A DNA stretch of 63,499 nucleotides, the filler included, from Octopus bimaculoides (taxonomy: Eukaryota), in assembly GCF_001194135.2 (NCBI RefSeq). It is 5 parts of 4 records of this genome, joined end to end, with 100 filler letters (N's around TTAATTAATTAA, not from the genome) between each part and the next. Parts side by side here need not be neighbours in the genome. Positions count along the whole stretch, not along the records: positions 49,203 to 61,323 come from NC_068985.1; positions 61,424 to 63,499 come from NC_068981.1; 3 more parts are not named here. One strand, 5' to 3'. The notes under the pieces are model-generated. The model saw nothing but the letters and a program-made list of their open reading frames with translations. It searched no databases and had not been told where the DNA came from. Positions within the stretch are counted from its first letter, which is position 1, and each line of letters opens with the position of its first letter. A program made the position numbers and the translations under genes. Below are positions 54,803 to 63,499 of the stretch, one piece after another.

Positions 54803-55529
54803 CGTTTCCAACTCGCATCTCTACACCGATAACTATTACAGACAAATCGGACGGTGGGGTGCTTGTGTGAGGTGGAGAGAAGATGTTAGCGCTACAGATA
54901 TGCGAAGAGGAGACAAATATGGACGACGCGGACTGGGAGTAAAGTGTGAGTAAGTGTGACGACGAAAAGAAAAAAAAAAACAAAGAAAAAAAAACAACAG
55001 AACACGTGAGCAAAGTGGCACGTGACCGCCTGAAATATCTCCTGTCCATAGCGATGAGTAATGAAGTGTTGGGTGAAATGACGGGTAGAAAAACTGTTGA
55101 GACTGTATCTTTTCTATGTTGCTTCTTTCATTCTGGCCATTCCACAAATTGTTCATCGCTTTCAACTGCAGTCGGAGCTTGTCATACCAGGAATTATAAC
55201 AATTCTTCTTCCTCTTTCTCAAACACCCCACACATGTTCTTGCAGATTCCAAGCGAGCTGGGAAGGACAGCACCCGAATCCATATGGCAGCGGTGGTAAT
55301 TTATGGAACTGGTAGCATTAGTATTAATAATATATATTTTAGTAGTACTGTTTTTATTGCGAGTTTTCCGTACACTACGAAGCACAGTTCTGTGCGATAC
55401 CATTTCGTGAAGTTTCCTACCGAATTGGTTTACAACTTTTGTTTTGCTTTTTATGCGTGCAGGACCTAATAACGATATTTTCTGTATATTACGGGTATCT
55501 TGTGACACAGGATTTATTGTTTTCTTTTT

Positions 55530-55930
55530 TACTTGCTCCAGTCATTGGAGCGTGGCCAGGCTGGGTCACTGCCTTGAAGGATTTAGTTGAACAAATCGAC
55601 CCCAGTATTTATGCTTTTCCTTTTCAAGTCTAGCCCTTATTTTATCGCTCCCTTTTGCCGAAACCGCAAAGTTACTCAGAAGCAAACAAACCAACACCGG
55701 TTGTGAAGCGGTGGTGGGGGTGCAAGCAAAAGAACAAAGACACACAGATAGACACGCACACGTGCATAAACACGACGGGGTTCCACACAGTTTCCGTTTA
55801 CCAAATTCCCTAACAAGACGTTGGTCGGTCCGGGGCTTTAGCAGAAAGAACTTTTCCAAGGTACCGCGTAGTGATACTGAATCGCAACTTCGTCGTTGCA
55901 AAGCAAACTTCTTAATCACTCAGCCATGCC
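55530..55930 (-). mobile_element. Near full-length, diverged SINE family B copy
   Basis: Both the 3' part (cagtcattggagcgtggccaggctggg...gaacaaatcgacccc) and the head-proximal part (agtttccgtttaccaaattccc...ttccaaggtaccgcgtagtgatactgaatc) are present. Confidence 0.75.
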
Positions 55931-56269
55931 TGGTTATGTATTTCCCAGTTTGTCTTTTAAATCATTTCCAACGCACCTTTTTTTTAGGGGATTGTTTCTT
56001 ATTTTCAATCTTCAGACTCTGGTTATCTCAGTTTCTAGATCTTTATATTTGAATATTTCAGTGCCAGGCAAATGTTTTAATCTGAGACCGTGTATAGAAA
56101 CTAAAGCAATTACAACGTGAAAGAAACACAGAAATTAGCTTCACTTAATCATTTATTATTCGGCGCCAAAATTTTCGTCACACCAACTACGACCTTTTCA
56201 CTGACTCTAAATAATAAATAAGTGAAGTTGACAGTTTTTGTATGTTTTTGAATGACTAATATGTGTCAT

Positions 56270-56480
56270 TCACGTTGCAACTGTCCAGTTCTTTTGAAAA
56301 TACAATATCATTTGATGAGATAGATATTTCGATTAAGATGCATTTAATTTCACTTTTGTCCTTGATGCCGATGTCTGATCGATTATCTTTGAGCTCTTAG
56401 CCTCTGTATATTGACATATCTCAGAGTATGGTTGCTTTGTCATTCTCCGAACATCTTTTTTTATATATTGTCTGCATATT
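56270..56480 (-). mobile_element. R4/Dong-like REL endonuclease remnant
   Basis: Minus-strand translation NDKATIL*DMSIYRG*ELKDNRSDIGIKDKSEIKCILIEISISSND resembles the ND..IL(W)D...K.NRPDI..KD....C..ID motif of REL domains. Confidence 0.65.
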
Positions 56481-56765
56481 CGTCTGAAATGTGCTGTTGT
56501 TCATCAAATACAAAATACGTTAGTGATTCGCATATTCACGCTTGAATCTGTTGAAAAATATTTAGAATGAACACGTATGTATTGTTTTGGTTCTCGCTAT
56601 TCCCCAGGCACAAGAGGAATTATCGATTGGAAAGACATCAATACACATCAGCAAATAATTTGTTCACTGAATTATATAAACAAGAGCCACAATTCTTGTT
56701 TAGAGTATTGATCCGGGAGTAGCTTTGACTGAAGAGACTCAAGCAGGTCGAAACACCATCGTCTC

Positions 56766-56994
56766 TTAACCATTTAGCATTCACATTACTCTGTCAAATG
56801 CAATGCTTATTTCTTAAAATTGCTTTGAATTAAATCATGCATTATCTTGTAGCTTTGAGATTCTGATGATGTTGATGCATATTTTTAGAATAACATTGTA
56901 GGGCAAGTGTAAGAGGCCGGATCTGGCTGGTTTGAACATAAAACAGGTAGGCTACTTGGGTCGGATACAGCCGGTTTAAATGTTAAAGGGTTAA
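56766..56994. mobile_element. piggyBac-type MITE
   Basis: TTAA at both ends (56766-69 and 56991-94). Terminal inverted repeats CCATTTAGCATT and AATGTTAAAGGG match at 10 of 12 positions. Confidence 0.75.
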
Positions 56995-57938
56995 AGTCCC
57001 ATTACCTCAACGAATCGAATGTGTAGGGAGTACGTCTTCTGAAAAGAGAAGTTCTCACAAGACAACGTTATACATCGATTTGCATATTCACGTTCGAATT
57101 AGCCTGAACGTATTACAGATGAATATGTACGCCATTGTTATGACATTTAATTACTTCTCTTTGTTTACTATCGTAATGTATTCTGATTCTCATCTCCAAT
57201 TACTTTCCTTGCATTGACTATTTCAAATATTATTCTTTTATTTTTCCGGTTTCCGTTTCAATAATTATGTTTCCCGAATTAATAATTATATTCATAAACA
57301 TGAACTGTCCCTTTTATTTTCACTAAACGTTGATTCATGAGATTTAGATACAAGCCAATGAGGCGCTTGTACCAAGCAAAGCTTAGTACAAAGAAGAAGA
57401 AGAAGAAAAAGAAAAAAAAAGAACCTTCATTTGAATGGGATTTTTGTACGAAGCTTAGCTGTATCGGAAACGTTCAGGACTAACTCTGGTTAGCAGCGTA
57501 NNNNNNNNNNNNNNNNNNNNNNNNNNNNNNNNNNNNNNNNNNNNNNNNNNNNNNNNNNNNNNNNNNNNNNNNNNNNNNNNNNNNNNNNNNNNNNNNNNNN
57601 NNNNNNNNNNNNNNNNNNNNNNNNNNNNNNNNNNNNNNNNNNNNNNNNNNNNNNNNNNNNNNNNNNNNNNNNNNNNNNNNNNNNNNNNNNNNNNNNNNNN
57701 NNNNNNNNNNNNNNNNNNNNNNNNNNNNNNNNNNNNNNNNNNNNNNNNNNNNNNNNNNNNNNNNNNNNNNNNNNNNNNNNNNNNNNNNNNNNNNNNNNNN
57801 NNNNNNNNNNNNNNNNNNNNNNNNNNNNNNNNNNNNNNNNNNNNNNNNNNNNNNNNNNNNNNNNNNNNNNNNNNNNNNNNNNNNNNNNNNNNNNNNNNNN
57901 NNNNNNNNNNNNNNNNNNNNNNNNNNNNNNNNNNNNNN

Positions 57939-57974
<36 letters not shown>

Positions 57975-57989
57975 CACTTATGTCAAAGC

Positions 57990-58611
57990 ATTTACCGAAG
58001 TATTCAAAAGAACGGTCTTATTGATGCATATAAAAATAACGAGAATTTAGCCTTAAGTTTACGATAGCTGGCTGCTCTCGCATTTTTACACCCTGATAAA
58101 ATCCATGATACATGTTTAGATCTCTCAAATAATATTCCAAATATTTCAAATATTCCAAATGAAGCCGAACCAGTTTATAAGTATTTTGGCAATACCTGTG
58201 TGCTGGGTAGACCCATGATTTCATGAAGTAGAAGACCACGAAAAAAAAAACCAAGTACGTCATTCTCCACAATTTGATTCGTGTTGAGCATTTATCACTT
58301 GAAAGCTACAATCTCCCAAGACCAATGGTGCAAAGGCTTGGCACAGGAGATTTGAAACAGTCGTCGAACGATACCATAAGAGAGTGTACTCGATGATTAG
58401 GGAATTCTTAAAAGAAGATTGTCACCAAGAGGTACAACGTTTAATTTCAGGGATTAATTCGAGGAAAAAAAAAGAGAGAGAGAACAAATTCAGAGAAAAT
58501 AGGCTTGCAACAGTTTTAGGTAGACAGGGAACTGTCTCTATAAATGAATATAGCAGAGGAATTGGTCACAATTTATATTTTGGTTCATGCAATAATAGGT
58601 ATCAAAAATGA
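57990..58611 (+). pseudogene. MULE/Mutator transposase C-terminal remnant
   Basis: Translation IQKNGLIDAYKNNENLALSLR*LAALAFLHPDKI...YKYFGNTCVLGR...LPR(frameshift)NGAKAWHRRFETVV...EYSRGIGHNL matches the MULE C-terminus pattern (LAALAF.P, PRTNN..E.WH, YLRGIAHNL). Confidence 0.75.
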
Positions 58612-58671
58612 AGTTAATTACCTAAAAATAATGTTTTTAAGCTATTTTATGTTTACAATTAATTCAATTGT

Positions 58672-59055
58672 TGTTGTTGGCACTCCGTCGCTTACGACGT
58701 TGAGGGTTCCAGTTAATCCGATCAATGGAACAGCCTGCTTGTGAAATTAACGTACAAGTGGCTGAGCACTCCACCGACACGTGTACCCTTAACGTAGTTC
58801 TCGGGGATATTCAGTGTGACACAGTGTGACAAGGCTGACCCTTTGAATTATAGGCACAACAGAAACAGGAAGTAAGAGTGAGAGAAAGTTGTGGTGGAAG
58901 AGTACAGCAGGGTTCGCCACCACCCCCTGCCGGAGCATCGTAGAGCTTTAGGTGTTTTCGCTCAGTAAACACTCACAACGCCCGGTCTGGGTATTGAAAC
59001 CGCGATCCTACGACCGCGAATCCGCTGCCCTAACCACTGGGCCACTGCACCTCCA
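58672..59055 (-). mobile_element. Full-length tRNA-derived SINE
   Basis: The reverse complement starts tggaggtgcagTGGCCCAGTGGttagggcagcggattcgcggtcgtaggatcgcGGTTTCAATACCc (A and B boxes), shares its core with 1340-1480, and ends in (AAC)n. Confidence 0.9.
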
Positions 59056-59269
59056 CTTTAATTCAATTATACATTTACAAAATAAAGGTTTTAAGTATTT
59101 TTAGATGATATTTTTAAAACACATTTTATACATGTGTGTGTGTGTGTGTCTTTTTATCAGACAGAATACAAACCCTCAGGGCTCTAACTTAGGATTGACA
59201 CTTAAACAACGCAGTGGGACTGAACAACTTGTATTGTATGGTATTTAATATACCTGTATTTATCTACGT

Positions 59270-59422
59270 CAGTGGTTCTCAACCGGGCTTCACATGACCC
59301 TTGAGGGTCCAGGTCAGATTTTGTTGTTAAAGTTCATGTGCAAGAAATTAGTTATATTTCTACAAACACAGACTATTTAAACAAGGTGTCTGTAGAAAAA
59401 AAAAAGTGGTTGAGGCACACTG
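59270..59422. mobile_element. hAT (Charlie-like) MITE
   Basis: TIRs CAGTGGTTCTCAACC and GGTTGAGGCACACTG. The 8-bp flanks atctacgt and gtctcgtt are consistent with a decayed TSD. Confidence 0.65.
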
Positions 59423-59692
59423 GTCTCGTTGTTTAAATACAAACCACTGGCCCCTCCTGAGTTATTTCGCCTATTTCGTTTTTGTTTAAATTACATATTT
59501 AGCCTGGCTTCATTTGCGAGACAAACGTGAATAAAAATAAAACTAATTAGATCCAAAACTTGCGATTCACATGTCAAAAGGATTTACACGTATGTCTAAA
59601 CTTAGCAAAGCAACACGAACTGAAATTACGATTCAATGACAAAAGGAAATTTTAGCATACCAAAATTATAACTATAATTAGAATCGATAGAA

Positions 59693-59905
59693 TGGTGGTA
59701 AGCTGAGAGAATCGTCAGCCGCCCCGAACAAAATACTTAGCGGCGTTTCTTCTCGAGTTTTACGTTCTGGGTTCAAAAGCCATCGAGGTCGACTCATCCG
59801 TTCGAATTCGATAAAACAAATACTAGTTAAGTGCAGGGGTCACGGTAATCAGCTTCCCACTCCCCTCAATAACTACTGCCTTGAGCCGAAATTAGAATGA
59901 ATTAT
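59693..59905 (+). mobile_element. SINE family C copy (CpG-retaining, diverged)
   Basis: ggtggtaagctgagagaatcgtcagccgccccgaacaaaatacttagcggcg...tacgttctgggttcaaaagccatcgaggtcgac...gccttgagccgaaattagaatgaattat. Confidence 0.75.
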
Positions 59906-59953
59906 CTTACTCTCTCTCTCTCTCTCTTTTTTACTCTTTTACTTGTTTCAGTC

Positions 59954-59990
<37 letters not shown>

Positions 59991-60343
59991 TACGACGNNN
60001 NNNNNNNNNNNNNNNNNNNNNNNNNNNNNNNNNNNNNNNNNNNNNNNNNNNNNNNNNNNNNNNNNNNNNNNNNNNNNNNNNNNNNNNNNNNNNNNNNNNN
60101 NNNNNNNNNNNNNNNNNNNNNNNNNNNNNNNNNNNNNNNNNNNNNNNNNNNNNNNNNNNNNNNNNNNNNNNNNNNNNNNNNNNNNNNNNNNNNNNNNNNN
60201 NNNNNNNNNNNNNNNNNNNNNNNNNNNNNNNNNNNNNNNNNNNNNNNNNNNNNNNNNNNNNNNNNNNNNNNNNNNNNNNNNNNNNNNNNNNNNNNNNNNN
60301 NNNNNNNNNNNNNNNNNNNNNNNNNNNNNNNNNNNNNNNNNNN

Positions 60344-60378
<35 letters not shown>

Positions 60379-60430
60379 TTATATATATATATATATATAT
60401 ATACTTATACTGGTATGTATATGTGTATAT

Positions 60431-60466
<36 letters not shown>

Positions 60467-61142
60467 GTGCCGGTATGTATGTGTGTGTGCTTGTATGTAT
60501 CTATGTATGTGTGCAGATATATCTTCATGTATGTAAACAGGAGTGAATGAAAGGTGAAGAAGCGATGATAATAATCAGTTTTAAGCATCAGTTGGTTTGC
60601 TGGAAACACAAACAAACAATACTATGTAAATACAAGAGACAGAGGGAGAGAGAGGGAGAGACGCCCCTCCCCCCTCACACACTGAGAAAAGAGACAAAGA
60701 AAGAACAAGAAAAGGAGAACGAGAGACAGAGAAATAGAGCGCGAGAGAGAAAGAGCGAGAGAGACAGATTTGTTTATGGAAAGCCAGTATGGCCGACACG
60801 TGGCGGAAATGACGTGTAAGCGAGACTTCGTGCCACAGTCGTTGGTCGAATTAGTCCAGCTGTGCTCTTTACTGCATTCCCATCGGACACAACACTAAAT
60901 CTCTCTATTCTCGGACAATGTTTGTTTATCAATGTCTTCCTTCGCATACAACTGTTTGATAGTTTGTTTACAGCTCGTTCAACAACAGGAGAAACACTAC
61001 CAACAACACCGCCATCGCCATCGCTAAACATGTAACGCATCCACCAGCCTCGACGTTCGACATATTTACACACATAAATGTGCGCGCATGCGTAAATACA
61101 CATATGATACATGTACGTATTCACATCTTCGTGCATGCGTTA

Positions 61143-61195
<53 letters not shown>

Positions 61196-61918
61196 GTCTG
61201 TCTGTCTGTCTGTCTGTCTGCCTGTCTGTATGTACTTACGTATGTATATGTGTGTGTGTGTGTGTGCGTGCTTTTGTGCATGTATATGTATATGTATATA
61301 TGTATATATATATATATATATATNNNNNNNNNNNNNNNNNNNNNNNNNNNNNNNNNNNNNNNNNNNNTTAATTAATTAANNNNNNNNNNNNNNNNNNNNN
61401 NNNNNNNNNNNNNNNNNNNNNNNATTTGTGTTCTATAAACAAGAATTCATACGATTATATATAAAAAAAAAAAAAATTGCTTGTGTGATTTAAGGGCAGT
61501 TTAGCTGTTGTTTTTAGCATATCCCACAACCACCTCTTCGTTTTTCTCATTCTAACATGTATTGATGTTTTTCAAAAAGTTCTACAAAATGTAAACCAAC
61601 TTCCTTAGGGAATATTCTTCAATTTTGCCTTGTGTTGTCCACCCTGCAAGAGAAAATTCCCACCAAAACTTAAAAAAAAAAAAAAAGAGCCATGTTTCGA
61701 TATTAGTCTATGTCAATCATGGGTGAGTGTGTGTGCATGTGTTTGACTGTTCAGTTCTGTCGAGCAGATGACAGGCAATGTTACACTCACTCATGATACC
61801 ATAGACTTTTACCGAAAGATTGCCGGAAAAGGTAATAAAAGGTAAAGTTGGAAATGCCAAATCCATCGAAACTATTTACTTCCATTGACATAAACAAATT
61901 AATTAGATGATACCATAC

Positions 61919-62658
61919 CTGTAATCATCGTAAGTGAAACCCTCTCGTAATGGAAATTTTTGTGCATAATGGTTGTTTTGAAAAAGTTTGTAGAAATAGG
62001 CATACTGGCGGGCGATTCTTTGGTAGTGATTAAATGCTTCTGTCAATACAGGAGAACCTTTCAACAGTTTAAGTTCTTCAGGATTAAAATATAGTGTCGT
62101 ATTGTAGTTTTTAGGCAAGCAGCTGATGTATGGATACCAAAATGAATCCGAATTCTTGGATTCACTCAACAAATGAATAGCAAGTACAACATTAGGCATA
62201 CTCTGAAGTAATTTATCCTCTTCAATCAGGAAACCAATTTGCGATCGGCTTGCTGTCTCTGTACTGATCATCAATTTTCGTGGAACGGATAAAAACAGAT
62301 CCCCTTCTTTTAGATCCTGAGTTGCTCTCAACCCAAACCCGTAGACAGGAAATTCGTCTGTTGTCACACGAGAAGTATCTACATTGTTTTCTTGAAGCCA
62401 TTGTAGAAATGAGCTCCACTCTCGACTTGTCTTTTGATTAGCACTAACCAAATGTTTTTGTTTTTCACGGATTTTTTCAACTAAGTTAAATATCTCCATA
62501 AACTCGTCCCAATCTTTGGGTCCAGCACCATTCGAACGAGTGCACTTTTCTAGAAGTTGGTTGCATAATTCTAAAATATCTTTTTTTGTACCTCTGTCAA
62601 GACCTGGAACTCCTGAAGACTGTGCTTGTGAGACAGGTTTTCTATTCTTTTTCCCCAT
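61919..62658 (-). CDS. SETD3: Actin-histidine N-methyltransferase SETD3, first coding exon (246 codons + 2 nt); downstream exons not found in the window
   Basis: MGKK start and motifs KDWDEF..I..LVEKIR.KQ, GFGLRAT.D.K.G.LFL.VPRKL, LAIHLL.E....SFW.PYI..LP..Y.T.LYF and ARQYAYFYK.....TYDDYR are characteristic of SETD3. Homology stops exactly at a canonical donor, GATTACAG|GTATGG (intron starts at 61918, phase 2). Confidence 0.95.
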
Positions 62659-62836
62659 TCAGAAGGTGAAATATAAAAATATGGACGAGTTGGAGTTTTA
62701 AAAGGCGTCAAAAGTTATCTTTCTTCACGACTTCCGACCTTTTCATATAACTCGACTTTTCATTTGAGAATTTCTTAGTTTCGACCAATCACAGCCTTTG
62801 TATCTCAATCGGTTCGTAGCAGACGTCATTAGCAAC
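62659..62836. promoter_or_regulatory. Compact bidirectional promoter and 5' UTRs between SETD3 and the GPR107-like gene
   Basis: 178 bp between divergent ATGs. It is CpG-containing and carries an ETS motif ACTTCCG (62730-36), CCAAT (62785-89), CRE-like GACGTCA (62822-28) and X-box half-site TTAGCAAC (62829-36). Confidence 0.65.
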
Positions 62837-62947
62837 ATGTCGGTATCTGCGAAGATAAGATGTTTTCCTGTGGTTTTGTTACCAATATTTATTCTATATT
62901 TGGTATTGTCTTCGGTTGATGGTAGGATTCATCGTTTAAAACTTGAG
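62837..62947 (+). CDS. GPR107: GPR107/GPR108 (lung seven-transmembrane receptor family)-like protein, first coding exon (37 aa)
   Basis: MSVSAKIRCFPVVLLPIFILYLVLSSVDGRIHRLKLE is a signal peptide followed by GRIH.L.L, the mature N-terminus motif of GPR107/108 (from memory, human GRVHHLALK and GRIHQLALT). It ends in a phase-0 donor GAG|GTATGA. Assignment between GPR107 and GPR108 is not resolved. Confidence 0.75.
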
Positions 62948-63450
62948 GTATGATTCGTCCAAATTAAATAATTTTCATTATACATTTTATTTTATGGTTG
63001 TCTCATGGAGAGAGGAAATAAGAAGAGGAAAAAAAAATATCTCGACTATGTCGTTAATTGGGGGATCAATATATTAATAGATTAAATTCGATAGCGATCC
63101 CCGATTTTAAAACATGTACACGTCAATCTATTAATTTTTATTCTTCCCTTTAATTATAATCATACACTTGTGTATTGAGTGATATTTGAAATACTTTTGT
63201 GATATAATATTTTTGATTATAGTATACTCATCCTACACGTAGGCATATCCTACATACATCCTTATGCACAGAATATGTTTTGCTGACATTTGAGTTTACA
63301 AATTAGGATATAAACTACCTCTACAATTTCATGAACTTTTTTAACCTTATGAAATAAAATAGCGGAATCATTTAGATAACAATAAGTAGCGAATAACATT
63401 AAGCTCTTATTTTCAGTTTTCTAATTGTGTTAACATTCGATTATAAGATG

Positions 63451-63499
<49 letters not shown>

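Noticed and set aside
61490-61535. Minus-strand LWDML resembling SETD3 LWDMCNH
   Set aside because: It lies 92 nt rather than about 48 nt from the TRQN match, is out of frame with intervening stops, and sits in a repeat-like segment similar to 40340-40380 and 40598-40630.

Overview
Eukaryotic (animal) genomic DNA from a gappy short-read scaffold with many N runs and four TTAATTAATTAA gap pads. It is most likely a coleoid cephalopod such as Octopus; this is an inference from the SINE families and the extreme microsatellite density. There are no CRISPR arrays, rRNA or true tRNA genes, and almost all long ORFs in the track are microsatellite or N artefacts. Two host-gene pieces are recognisable, both at the right end: the first coding exon of SETD3 (minus, 61919-62658) and, head-to-head 178 bp away, a short first exon of a GPR107/GPR108-like gene (plus, 62837-62947) that is too short for the ORF track. 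The rest is decayed mobile DNA: two Penelope-like elements, a Gypsy integrase with PPT and LTR start, a CR1-type LINE, a DD36E Tc1 element, a MULE remnant, R4/Dong-like remnants, piggyBac-, hAT- and foldback-type MITEs, and several SINE families. The most notable observations are: (1) a ~170-bp repeat carrying a minimal hammerhead-ribozyme-like fold with a variant CUGUUGA core, a compensatory base pair between its two copies, and a 14-bp target-site duplication; (2) a clear CpG-decay contrast between copies of the same SINE families in the left (~12-30 kb) and right (~31-60 kb) parts, suggesting a methylation-domain boundary and an unannotated gene body on the left; (3) the SETD3/GPR107-like bidirectional promoter.
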